Assembly (NCBI GenBank): GCA_037441705.1
Contig: JBBIRR010000038.1
Location: 1-37,203 of the forward strand
From: Ignavibacteriales bacterium
GTDB lineage: Bacteria > Bacteroidota > Ignavibacteria > UBA10030 > UBA6906
DNA: 37,203 bases
Direction: 5' to 3'
In this document: piece by piece, positions 20,950 to 29,510 of the stretch
How the letters are laid out: every line of letters starts with the position of its first letter
How positions within the stretch are numbered: position 1 is the stretch's first letter
Program-made: the position numbers and the translations under genes
The notes under the pieces: generated by a model
Seen by the model: only the letters and a program-made list of their open reading frames with translations
The model's database searches: none
What the model was told of the DNA's origin: nothing

Positions 20950-21639
20950 ATGAAATACATCACGATTCTGGCATTGAGTGTTGTTCTGCTGGCATGCGAA
21001 AGCAACACGCAAAACAAAGCCGATCTAAAAACCACGCAGGATAGCGTCAGCTACATTATCGGGACAAGCATCGGCAAGAATCTGAAGGCGCAGAAAGTAG
21101 AAGTGAGCGTGAGCCAGCTTGCACGAGGAATCCAGGATGTTATGGACAGCAGCACGCTGCTCATCACCGATGTCCAGGCGGAGACGATCATGAACGCGTT
21201 CCAGCAGCGCATGATCGCGCGACAGGAGGAAGAGGCGCATGCAGCGGGCGAAATGCACCGCAAGGAGGGCGAGGCCTTTCTGGCAGAGAACAAAACCAAG
21301 CCGGGCATCAACGTAACGGCGAGCGGGCTGCAATACAAAGTCATCAAGATGGGAACCGGGCCCAAGCCCAAAGCCGATCAGACGGTCACCGTTCACTACA
21401 GCGGCAGGACGATTGATGGCAAGGAGTTCGACAGTTCGTACAAACGCGGCGAGCCGACAACCTTCGGTGTCAGTCAGGTCATCAAGGGATGGACCGAAGC
21501 GCTGCAGTTGATGCCTGTTGGGTCGAAGTGGGAGCTGTACATCCCGGCCGACCTCGCATATGGAGATCGGGGTGCCGGTCAGGCCATTCCGCCGGGCGCG
21601 ACGCTGATTTTTGAAGTCGAACTTCTCGGTGTGAAGTAG
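20950..21639 (+). CDS. FKBP-type peptidyl-prolyl isomerase, Mip/FkpA-like lipoprotein
   Basis: Lipobox LLAC, FKBP_N (SYIIG...TASGLQY), VHYSG..DGKEFDSS, VIKGWTEALQLM, LAYG, TLIFEVELL. Confidence 0.95.
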   Translation: MKYITILALSVVLLACESNTQNKADLKTTQDSVSYIIGTSIGKNLKAQKVEVSVSQLARGIQDVMDSSTLLITDVQAETIMNAFQQRMIARQEEEAHAAGEMHRKEGEAFLAENKTKPGINVTASGLQYKVIKMGTGPKPKADQTVTVHYSGRTIDGKEFDSSYKRGEPTTFGVSQVIKGWTEALQLMPVGSKWELYIPADLAYGDRGAGQAIPPGATLIFEVELLGVK

Positions 21640-21660
21640 CAAAAACACGTGTGCCGTTGT

Positions 21661-21694
21661 GAAGCCGCAGCACGTGCAAGAGGGCTGCGGCTTC
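21661..21694 (+). terminator. GC-rich hairpin downstream of the FKBP gene (terminator or mRNA stabiliser)
   Basis: GAAGCCGCAGC / GCTGCGGCTTC 11-bp perfect stem. Only a weak U-tract. Confidence 0.45.
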
Positions 21695-21744
21695 GTGGTC
21701 TCGCAACATCTCGCAGATGCTTTCATCGTGAGGACCCGCGCGGA

Positions 21745-22971
21745 ATGAACACAATAGCTGAGCAATACGTCAAGCTCGTGCTTGCTGTCGGGCAGCACGA
21801 TCCCGATTACGTCGATGCGTATCATGGTCCGGAGCAGTGGCTGAATGAAGTAACGGCAAGCAAGCCGCCGCTGCAGGATATTCTTGAATCCACGCGCGGG
21901 ACATTGGAGGACTTGCGTTCGCTCGCCCCGAACGGCACGGACGAGCTGACGGCGCTACGCCGTTCGTACCTCGAGCGCCAGCTCGAATCGGTTGCTGCGC
22001 GCGTCGATATGCTCTGCGGAAAGCGCATGACCTTCGATGAGGAATCGCAAGCCCTCTACGATGCCGTGGCGCCGACTTATCCCGAAACTCATTTCCAGAG
22101 AATCCTGAACGAACTTGATGCACTGCTGCCCGGTGCCGGCACGATCCAGCAGCGGTATGCCGCGTTCAAGGATCGCTTTGTCATTCCGAAAGAACGGCTT
22201 GATGTTGTATTCAGAGCGGCGATTGAAGAATGCCGCAGACGAACGAAGCTGCACATTCCGCTTCCCGCTGACGAGCGCTTCGTTCTCGAGTATGTCACCA
22301 ACAAGTCGTGGAGCGGCTACAATTGGTATAAAGGAAAGAGCATCAGCCTGATTCAGATCAACACCGATCTTCCGATCTACATCGATCGGGCGGTGGACCT
22401 CGGCGCGCACGAAGGGTATCCGGGGCACCATGTGTACAACGCGCTGCTGGAGCAGAATCTCCTGAAGAAGAAGGGCTGGATGGAATTCAGCATTTACGCA
22501 CTGTTCAGCCCACAATCGCTCATTGCTGAAGGGACGGCGAACTTCGGCATCGAGGTGGTGTTCGCGCCTGAGGAGCGATTGGCGTTCGAGCGAGAGGTTC
22601 TCTTTCCGCTGGCCGGGCTTGACACCTCGGCTGTGGAGTTATACTACGAAATCCACACTCAGTTCTTGAAGCTTGCGTACGCCGGGAACGAAGCGGCGCG
22701 CGGCTATCTGGACGGCAGCATGACGAAGGACCAGGCCGTCGAGTGGTTAATGCAGTACGCCCTCTTCTCCCGCGAGCGCGCAGTGCAGCGTCTTACTTTT
22801 TTCGAAACCTACCGCAGCTATGTTATCAACTACAATCTGGGGCAGGATATGGTGAGGAGGTACGTCGAGGCGCGAGGCGGCACGCCGGACTCTCCCGAGC
22901 GCCGATGGAAAGAGTTTGCGCAACTCCTCTCCTCGCCGCGCGTACCATCCAGCCTTGCCGTCGAGGTGTGA
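21745..22971 (+). CDS. DUF885-like putative metalloprotein/peptidase
   Basis: HEGYPGHH motif, downstream AEG, SYVINYNLG. Likely start MNTIAEQYVKLVL. Confidence 0.7.
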   Translation: MNTIAEQYVKLVLAVGQHDPDYVDAYHGPEQWLNEVTASKPPLQDILESTRGTLEDLRSLAPNGTDELTALRRSYLERQLESVAARVDMLCGKRMTFDEESQALYDAVAPTYPETHFQRILNELDALLPGAGTIQQRYAAFKDRFVIPKERLDVVFRAAIEECRRRTKLHIPLPADERFVLEYVTNKSWSGYNWYKGKSISLIQINTDLPIYIDRAVDLGAHEGYPGHHVYNALLEQNLLKKKGWMEFSIYALFSPQSLIAEGTANFGIEVVFAPEERLAFEREVLFPLAGLDTSAVELYYEIHTQFLKLAYAGNEAARGYLDGSMTKDQAVEWLMQYALFSRERAVQRLTFFETYRSYVINYNLGQDMVRRYVEARGGTPDSPERRWKEFAQLLSSPRVPSSLAVEV

Positions 22972-22995
22972 AGGGAAAGAGTGTGGCTGCGCGTA

Positions 22996-23145
22996 CTAAT
23001 CTCCTGCCCCCGTATCGCACTCGCAAATCACCTTGCCGCATTCAGGGCAGGGTTCCAGTTTCTTGGCGGCGCACTCTTCACAGAATTCCTCCTCCGGCTC
23101 GATTTCCTTGCCGCATTCCGCACAATGGTTGACGACGTCAGGCAT
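22996..23145 (-). CDS. 49-aa acidic double zinc-ribbon-like protein (not in the supplied ORF track)
   Basis: Manual translation: MPDVVNHCAECGKEIEPEEEFCEECAAKKLEPCPECGKVICECDTGAGD*. Eight Cys as CxxC/CxxC/CxxC/CxC. Fits within the intergenic gap. Confidence 0.75.
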   Translation of the reverse strand: MPDVVNHCAECGKEIEPEEEFCEECAAKKLEPCPECGKVICECDTGAGD

Positions 23146-23213
23146 GATCACGTCCCATGTTGGGTAGCCGTTCGCTCCAATCTACGGCAGATTGTGCTGA
23201 AAGGCAACGGCTC

Positions 23214-23242
23214 TTGACACTACCGCATTTTCAGTTTACTAT
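23214..23242 (+). promoter_or_regulatory. sigma70-type promoter for amrS-GT2
   Basis: TTGACA (23214-19), 17 bp, TACTAT (23237-42). AAGGAGG SD follows. Confidence 0.7.
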
Positions 23243-23267
23243 TGAGAAGAGACCAAGGAGGAAGGTG

Positions 23268-24338
23268 ATGGCACTGCAAGAAACACCTGCCCCGCAAACG
23301 TTGCATGATCTGCTTGCCGGTCATGTGAAGGAAGGCGAGCTGTACGAGAAGATGCCCAACAATTGGGTTCGCTGTTTTGCGTGCGGGCACCGGTGCAAGA
23401 TTGCGCCCGATCGCGATGGGATTTGCAAAGTTCGTTTCAACAAAGGTGGGGTGCTGTATGTGCCGCACGGGTACGTTGCGGGTTTGCAGATCGACCCGAT
23501 CGAAAAGAAGCCCTTCTTCCACGCGCTGCCGGGCGCGCAGGCCCTCAGTTTCGGCATGCTGGGGTGCGACTATCATTGCGCGTACTGCCAGAACTGGATC
23601 ACCTCGCAGGCGATCCGGGATCCCATTGCCGGCACGCCGCCGAACTACGTCACTGCCGAGCGTATCGTCGGCATTGCACTCGAACACAACATTCCGGTTC
23701 TCACCAGCACATACAACGAGCCGCTCATCACCAGTGAATGGGCGGTGGAGATTTTCAAGCTGGCACGCACGTACAACATCTACTGTTCGTATGTCTCCAA
23801 CGGAAACGGCACGCCCGAGGTGCTGGACTACATCAAGCCGTATGTACAACTCTACAAAATCGATCTGAAAAGTTTCCGGCAAAAAAACTACCAGCAGCTC
23901 GGCGGCAAACTCGACACCGTTCTCGACACAATTCGACGCCTGAAGGAGATCGGCATCTGGGTGGAGATTGTCACGCTCGTCGTGCCCGGGTTCAACGACT
24001 CCGACGAGGAACTCACGGACATTGCCGATTTCCTCGTTTCCGTGTCGCCCGATATTCCCTGGCACGTTACGGCGTTTCATCAGGATTACAAGATGACCGA
24101 GCCGGACAACACGCCGGTGGAAACACTGATCCGCGCAGCCGAGATTGGCTACGCGCGCGGTTTGCACTTTGTGTACGCAGGCAACATCCCCGGCCGAGTG
24201 GGCAGATACGAAAACACGTATTGCCCGTCGTGCAACGAGCTGCTCATCGAACGCTACGGCTTCATGGTGCGGAAGAACAGGTTGGTTGACGGCTGCTGCC
24301 CGCGCTGCAAGCAACAGATCCCCGGTGTGTGGTCCTGA
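23268..24338 (+). CDS. amrS: AmmeMemoRadiSam system radical SAM enzyme
   Basis: N-terminal CFACGHRC...GIC, IDPIEKKPFFH, CDYHCAYCQNW (CxxxCxxC), TYNEP, C-terminal TYCPSC...CPRC. Confidence 0.9.
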   Translation: MALQETPAPQTLHDLLAGHVKEGELYEKMPNNWVRCFACGHRCKIAPDRDGICKVRFNKGGVLYVPHGYVAGLQIDPIEKKPFFHALPGAQALSFGMLGCDYHCAYCQNWITSQAIRDPIAGTPPNYVTAERIVGIALEHNIPVLTSTYNEPLITSEWAVEIFKLARTYNIYCSYVSNGNGTPEVLDYIKPYVQLYKIDLKSFRQKNYQQLGGKLDTVLDTIRRLKEIGIWVEIVTLVVPGFNDSDEELTDIADFLVSVSPDIPWHVTAFHQDYKMTEPDNTPVETLIRAAEIGYARGLHFVYAGNIPGRVGRYENTYCPSCNELLIERYGFMVRKNRLVDGCCPRCKQQIPGVWS

Positions 24339-25198
24339 TCCACGAACGAGCCGTGTCCGCCCCACCTCCACAACTTTCTCTCGTCATTGCGGTCTACAAC
24401 AAAGCGGACGTACTTCGGCTTGTGCTTGCGGCGTGTGAGCGTCAGTCCTTCCGCAACTTCGAGGTGATCATTGCCGACGACGGCTCAGGCCCTGAGATCG
24501 GCAGCGTGGTGACCGAGGCGCAGCGTCGGTACGGTTTTCCCATCATTCATCTCTGGCATGAAGATGCGGGCTGGCGCAAGAATGCGATGCTGAACAACGC
24601 CATCCGCGCCTCCACCACCGACTATCTTGTGTTCATCGATGGCGATTGCCTTCCCTCACGCCATTTCCTGCTCGATCACTGGAACGAACGCGAAGAAAAC
24701 AAAGTCCTGCTCGGCCGGCGTGTTGAAACGAGCGAACGATGGTCGAAGGCGTTGACGCTGGAAAAAATCCACAGCGGCGAGTTCGAGCGCTACGGTTGGA
24801 AGGAATGGATGGATGGATTGCGGGGGGATTCGCTTCGCGTCGAGGACGGCATCAGAATTCCCAGCGCGTGGCTGCGGACGCTGCTGCTGCGAAGCGTCAC
24901 CGGCATGTTGGGCAGCAACTTCTCTGTGGCGAAGAAGCATCTTGTTGCCATCAACGGATTCGATGAACTGTACGACGGCCCCGGCTGCGGCGAGGATTCG
25001 GATGTGCAGTATCGTCTGTCGCTCATCGGTGTTACAGGAAAATCGCTGCGCAACCTTGCCGTGCAGTATCACGTGTGGCATCCCCGCACACCCACATCAC
25101 AGGCATGCTGGGATCGCTTCGAACGCGTCAGGCAAACGCGTGAACCGCGATGCGCGGTCGGCCTCGAGAAGTTGGACTCCGTACCCGCACTGCAATAG
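24329..25198 (+). CDS. Glycosyltransferase family 2 (with galactosyltransferase-like C-terminal part)
   Basis: SLVIAVYN, IADDGS, FIDGDC, GSNFS, NGFDE, GEDSD, YHVWH. Exact start uncertain (GTG overlaps the amrS end). Confidence 0.9.
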   Translation: MVLIHERAVSAPPPQLSLVIAVYNKADVLRLVLAACERQSFRNFEVIIADDGSGPEIGSVVTEAQRRYGFPIIHLWHEDAGWRKNAMLNNAIRASTTDYLVFIDGDCLPSRHFLLDHWNEREENKVLLGRRVETSERWSKALTLEKIHSGEFERYGWKEWMDGLRGDSLRVEDGIRIPSAWLRTLLLRSVTGMLGSNFSVAKKHLVAINGFDELYDGPGCGEDSDVQYRLSLIGVTGKSLRNLAVQYHVWHPRTPTSQACWDRFERVRQTREPRCAVGLEKLDSVPALQ

Positions 25199-25210
25199 CA
25201 CAGACGAAGT

Positions 25211-25244
25211 GGCGGCGAGGCAACGGCTGTGTTACCTCGCCTCC
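25211..25244. terminator. Hairpin between convergent gene blocks
   Basis: GGCGAGG-C-AAC / GTT-A-CCTCGCC imperfect stem in the 54-bp gap between convergent stops. Confidence 0.5.
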
Positions 25245-25252
25245 GACAAAAC

Positions 25253-26038
25253 CTATTCTTCCTCCATCTCCTGCATGGCATCCTCCAGGTGACTCTTCAC
25301 CTTCTTGTAGCCGGAGGGGATTTCGAACTCGCTGGCGGGCGTTGCGCGACGTTCCAGCTTTGTCACCGTCGTAACAACACCGCCGACCTCACTCTGAATC
25401 GGGAAACCGTCGATCCTCAGGCTTGCCTCCGAGAGTTGCTTCGCGAAGCGTTGTGCCAGAGCGGCCATCCGTCGTGAGAATGCTTTCCAATCTTCGGCAA
25501 GTTCGGCAAAGCCCTTCACATCCTTGGTCACCCAGAGCGTGGAGAGGACCTGATCGCCTTGCCGCACGACATACTTCGTGCAGCCGAACCCTGCGATGGT
25601 CTTTTTTTCGCCGGTGTTGTCAACCTGAACCGGTGCATCGCTCTCCGCCGACATGCCGGGCATTTTGCCACCCATCATCTTCTCGACCATCTTCCGTTGT
25701 TCCTCTGGCATGTTGCGCATCTGTTCACGCATCCTGGCCATGGCCGCGTCCATCTTTCCGCCGGCCTTCTTTGCCATATCTTCCATCTGCGCGAAGGTCA
25801 TCTCCGAATACTCTTTCTTTGCGGGATTCATCGTCCATATCACCTCCCGATCGAGACGCACGATGATGATGGAGCCATCGCCGCCGTGGTGCACAATCTT
25901 CATTTTCTTAGGAATGGCGAACGTCTCCGAGGAAAACTCGCCTACGGTGCCCGTCGTTTTGCTCTGCCAGTACAACCCTTGAGCGAAGGCCGTGACGGCA
26001 AAACATCCGGCCAGAAATGCCAACGATAATCGTTTCAT
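25253..26038 (-). CDS. Exported DUF4412-like protein
   Basis: Signal peptide ending AFA-Q; TGEKKTIAGFGC.KY, LWVTKD, GFP, FEIPSGYKK. Confidence 0.78.
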   Translation of the reverse strand: MKRLSLAFLAGCFAVTAFAQGLYWQSKTTGTVGEFSSETFAIPKKMKIVHHGGDGSIIIVRLDREVIWTMNPAKKEYSEMTFAQMEDMAKKAGGKMDAAMARMREQMRNMPEEQRKMVEKMMGGKMPGMSAESDAPVQVDNTGEKKTIAGFGCTKYVVRQGDQVLSTLWVTKDVKGFAELAEDWKAFSRRMAALAQRFAKQLSEASLRIDGFPIQSEVGGVVTTVTKLERRATPASEFEIPSGYKKVKSHLEDAMQEMEEE

Positions 26039-26070
26039 AGAAGCTCCTGTGGTGTAAGTGGATCGGTGGA

Positions 26071-26952
26071 TTATGTGAACGGTTCGAGCGGTCGCGCAAT
26101 CATGATACCTGTGCGTGACGGCTCCTGCGCAAGGTAATCAACAAGCGATCGTTTGCTGATGCGAATCGTACCGTTCGAGAGCGGCGCGTGCAGAAAGCGA
26201 AGCAAGCCCATGAACCGGTACGCGAATCCGGTATGACTGACGTCCAGGCCTTCGAGCGATGTTGTGATGCCGACGATGTCTCCATCCTGAATCAAGTCCC
26301 GTAAGGGTTGAATCCGATCTTTGGGGAGATAGATATGCCTTCGCGCGTTCAGCTCCTTCTCCACTCGGACGATCGCGTTGTACACACGATCGTTCTTCAA
26401 CTGTCGGTATGCCGGGCGATGGCGGGACATGTAGTTGATAGTTTTCTCGAGCGGGACGCCGCCGAGCGTCGGAGCGACGTTTCGAACGACGCGCTTGGTT
26501 TCGTTGTCCTGAATCCAATCGGAAAAGTAGTGCAGCCGGCTCGCGTATCCGTTGATGACGCCGTTGCGGTAGCGAATGCGTCGCAGCTCGGCGGTGAATG
26601 CTGCGTAGGTTGTGGTTCCCCGTTTCACACATCGGGCGATAGCGAGGACGCTCTCCACGAACGTCACGCAGTCGAACTCTTTGAGATTGACGACAAGGCG
26701 TTCCTCTCCGGGGACTTCGAGGGTATGTGCCTTGTACGGAGCTTCAAGGAATGATACGCCGATTGCAGCTACGACATCGCCGATGGGTTTGGTATGCAGG
26801 CCTTCCGACGCTGCCCGAGCAAACGTCGCATCGAGAATCTCACGATGCGTGGCGTCGTCTTCGTCTGCGACAAGTTGGAGCCCCGGCATCATGCTCGCCC
26901 CTGCCGCAAGCATGGTGTATTTGAGAAACTTCCTACGAGATGCCCGCATCAT
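26071..26952 (-). CDS. DUF1460 / AmiA-like NlpC/P60-fold N-acetylmuramoyl-L-alanine amidase, Tat-exported
   Basis: Twin-arginine SRRKFLK; FDCVTFVE (catalytic Cys), IRYRNG...RLHYFSDW, GLDVSHTG (His). Confidence 0.85.
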   Translation of the reverse strand: MMRASRRKFLKYTMLAAGASMMPGLQLVADEDDATHREILDATFARAASEGLHTKPIGDVVAAIGVSFLEAPYKAHTLEVPGEERLVVNLKEFDCVTFVESVLAIARCVKRGTTTYAAFTAELRRIRYRNGVINGYASRLHYFSDWIQDNETKRVVRNVAPTLGGVPLEKTINYMSRHRPAYRQLKNDRVYNAIVRVEKELNARRHIYLPKDRIQPLRDLIQDGDIVGITTSLEGLDVSHTGFAYRFMGLLRFLHAPLSNGTIRISKRSLVDYLAQEPSRTGIMIARPLEPFT

Positions 26953-26961
26953 TCTCACCCT

Positions 26962-28389
26962 CTAAAACGGTGTATCGTCGTCGGCCGTCGGCGGCATGAC
27001 GGCTTCGACACTTTCGGGAGCGGGATTCTCGAAGCGTGCGTAGCGGTGAACGAACGTCAGCTTCACATCGCCGACCGGACCATTGCGATGCTTGCCCACG
27101 ATGATTTCCGAACGCCCGACCACCTCGGCATAGTCGGCCGAGTCGGGGTCGGCATACATCTCGGGGCGGTGCACGAAGCAGACAAGATCGGCATCCTGCT
27201 CGATGGCGCCGGATTCACGCAAGTCCGAGAGAATCGGCCGTTTGTCCGTGCGGCTCTCGACGGCGCGGCTCAGTTGCGAGAGGGCAATGACCGGGATGCT
27301 CAGCTCCTTCGCAAGGGATTTGAGCGAGCGCGAAATGGCGGAAATTTCCTTTTCGCGGTTCTCGGCGTTTTTCGGTCCCTGCATCAGCTGCAGGTAGTCG
27401 ATGACGATGAGGCCGATGTTGCGTTCGGCTTTGAGGCGGCGCGCTTTGGCGCGCAGCTCCAGAATGCCCAGGGCAGGCGTATCGTCAATGAAGATGTTGG
27501 CTTTCGCCAGACGTCCGGCCGCGAAGCCCACGCGCTTCCAGTCGTGCTCGGGCAGGCGGCCTGTGCGCACCAGATGCGCGTCGACTTTAGCCTCCGCGCA
27601 CAGCAGGCGCATCACCATCTGCTGTGTAGACATTTCCAGCGAGAAGATGCCGACCCCGGTGGGCTTTTCGCTGTGCAGTGCTGCGTTGCGTGCCAGCGAC
27701 AGCGCAAACGCCGTCTTGCCGGAACTGGGCCTGCCGGCAATGATAATCAGGTCAGAGTTCTGCAGGCCGCCGGTCAGCGAGTCGAGATCGCGGAAGCCGG
27801 TCGGCACGCCTGTGATGCCGCTGTGTTTTCCGTGCAATGCCTGCAGGGCCTCGAGCGTGTCGTGCACGGCTTTGTGCATCTGCGTGAACGTCTTCTTCAG
27901 CCGCTTCTCGGAGATGTGGAAAATCATCTGCTCGGCTTCATCGAGCAGTTCGAATGCGTCCTCCGAAGGATTGTAGCCGCGCGCAGCAATCATCGAAGCG
28001 GCACTGATCAGGCTGCGCTGAAGGTATTTTTCGAGAATGATTTTGGCGTGATACTCTGCATTGGCGGGCGAGGAGACCTTCATCGTCAGCTCGGCGAGAT
28101 AGGCTTCCCCGCCGACGAGCTCAAGCTCGCCGCGGCGGCGCAACTCCTCCGCAAGCGTGATGATGTCCACCGGCTCACTGCGGTCGAACATGGCGAGAAT
28201 CGCCTTGAAGATTTTGCGATGATACTCGGCGTGGAATGCATCCTCGTCCAGCACCTCGATCACGCGCGGGATTGCTTCCCGTTCCAACAACATCGCTCCG
28301 AGCACTTGCGCCTCGATCTCCACTGCCTGAGGCGGCACGCGACCCTCAGGCGGGGGAATCGCAACAACACTTCGAAGAGGCTCAGCCAT
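26962..28389 (-). CDS. dnaB: Replicative DNA helicase
   Basis: PPQAVEIEAQVLGAML, GVPTGF, AGRPSSGKT, FSLEM, IDYLQL, LSQLSR, DLRESGAIEQDAD, KHRNGP. No intein. Confidence 0.98.
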   Translation of the reverse strand: MAEPLRSVVAIPPPEGRVPPQAVEIEAQVLGAMLLEREAIPRVIEVLDEDAFHAEYHRKIFKAILAMFDRSEPVDIITLAEELRRRGELELVGGEAYLAELTMKVSSPANAEYHAKIILEKYLQRSLISAASMIAARGYNPSEDAFELLDEAEQMIFHISEKRLKKTFTQMHKAVHDTLEALQALHGKHSGITGVPTGFRDLDSLTGGLQNSDLIIIAGRPSSGKTAFALSLARNAALHSEKPTGVGIFSLEMSTQQMVMRLLCAEAKVDAHLVRTGRLPEHDWKRVGFAAGRLAKANIFIDDTPALGILELRAKARRLKAERNIGLIVIDYLQLMQGPKNAENREKEISAISRSLKSLAKELSIPVIALSQLSRAVESRTDKRPILSDLRESGAIEQDADLVCFVHRPEMYADPDSADYAEVVGRSEIIVGKHRNGPVGDVKLTFVHRYARFENPAPESVEAVMPPTADDDTPF

Positions 28390-28465
28390 ACGCTTCCTTC
28401 AGTTTATATCGTCGTCCGTCAACAGAATCCGTGATAACCTTTGACGGAAAGCTACGGAGAAAGGC

Positions 28466-28640
28466 TATCGATAACAAGAGGGAGAAAGCGAATGTGCGAA
28501 GGTTGTGGACAGTCCCTTCGGGTTCAACGCATACTTCAGAAGCACCCGCGGAACTTCATGAACGGACGAGAGAGGATTCGGAAGGGCAGCGCGCGTTATC
28601 CACACGCAGAGCAGTTCAGCGATCAACAGCCTGTGGAAAA
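28466..28640. promoter_or_regulatory. Cluster of DnaA boxes upstream of dnaB
   Basis: TTATCCACA (28596-604) and TGTGGAAAA (28632-40) match TTWTNCACA exactly. TGTGGACAG (28504-12) and TATCGATAA (28466-74) have 2 mismatches each. Confidence 0.6.
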
Positions 28641-28670
28641 CTTCCGACGGGCGCGTATGCCGGTCGGAGG
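28637..28670 (-). terminator. Putative intrinsic terminator after udg
   Basis: CTTCCGAC-G-GGC / GCC-G-GTCGGAGG stem (28641-70) right after the udg stop, followed by TTTT on the minus strand. Confidence 0.5.
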
Positions 28671-28673
28671 ACG

Positions 28674-29510
28674 TCAACGTTTGAGAAGATCGTCGTGAAG
28701 CTTTCTCACCGCTTGCACATCCTCCCAGGTTGGGCGCTTCCAGTTTGGATTTCTCAGCAGCGCCGCAGGATGATATGTGACCATCACCGGAATGCCCTCG
28801 TAACGCAACACGCGACCGCGCAAGCGGCTCATGGACTCGCGTGTGCCGAGGAGATTTTCCGCGGCAGTCAATCCCAAACAGAGAATTACGGCGGGCTTCA
28901 CCAGGTCGATTTGCTTTTTCAGATAGGGCTTGCACGTTTCGGATTCTTCCGGCGTGGGTTTGCGGTTGTTGGGCGGCCGGCATTTCAGGATGTTGCAGAT
29001 GTACACATCCGATCGTTTGAAGTTGATGGCCTCGAGAATCTTGGTGAGAAGCTGGCCCGCTCTTCCGACAAACGGCTCGCCCTGTGCATCTTCGTCGGCC
29101 CCCGGGGCTTCACCGATGAGCATCAGCGTTGCGTGAGGATTCCCCACACCAAAAACGAATTTCGTTCGGGTAAAACCGAGGGGGCATTTCGTGCACGTGC
29201 AGATCATGGCGTTGAGCTCGTCCAGTGTCTGTGCGTTTCCCCACGCCTCAGTGGTCAACGGCGCCGCCGGTGCCGGAAGGTCGAACAGCAGCGGCTCCTC
29301 AACGGCGAGAGGCTTGGGACTTCGTGGCGCCGCTGGCGGTAGGTCGTGAGTTTGCCTCGGTGGTTCGACGTTCACGGGCGAGCGTTCCGAACGTTCAGAG
29401 ATCAACGTCTCGCCGAAGAACTGGCGTTCACGCTCGAGGATGCTTTTGAGATGGTCGAGAAGGCGAACGGCGTTCTGTGAGAAATCCTGTTCCATCACAT
29501 CAACGTTCAT
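28674..29510 (-). CDS. Uracil-DNA glycosylase family 4 (Fe-S) with N-terminal extension
   Basis: CTKCPL, GEAPG, PFVGRAG, NILKCRPPNNR, TYHPAALLR. Confidence 0.93.
   Translation of the reverse strand: MNVDVMEQDFSQNAVRLLDHLKSILERERQFFGETLISERSERSPVNVEPPRQTHDLPPAAPRSPKPLAVEEPLLFDLPAPAAPLTTEAWGNAQTLDELNAMICTCTKCPLGFTRTKFVFGVGNPHATLMLIGEAPGADEDAQGEPFVGRAGQLLTKILEAINFKRSDVYICNILKCRPPNNRKPTPEESETCKPYLKKQIDLVKPAVILCLGLTAAENLLGTRESMSRLRGRVLRYEGIPVMVTYHPAALLRNPNWKRPTWEDVQAVRKLHDDLLKR

Noticed and set aside
22981-23217. 78-aa plus-strand ORF in the gap before amrS
   Set aside because: It is the antisense of the far more protein-like 49-aa Cys-rich ORF on the minus strand.
25198-25253. Strand switch from + block to - block as replication terminus
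   Set aside because: No dif-like site recognised, and one convergent junction is not evidence without genome-wide skew.
26794-28434. 546-aa plus-strand ORF opposite dnaB (similarly 31113-32390, 11739-13274, 23220-24371, 17406-18527)
   Set aside because: Antisense shadow ORFs fully overlapping well-supported genes, as expected at this GC content.
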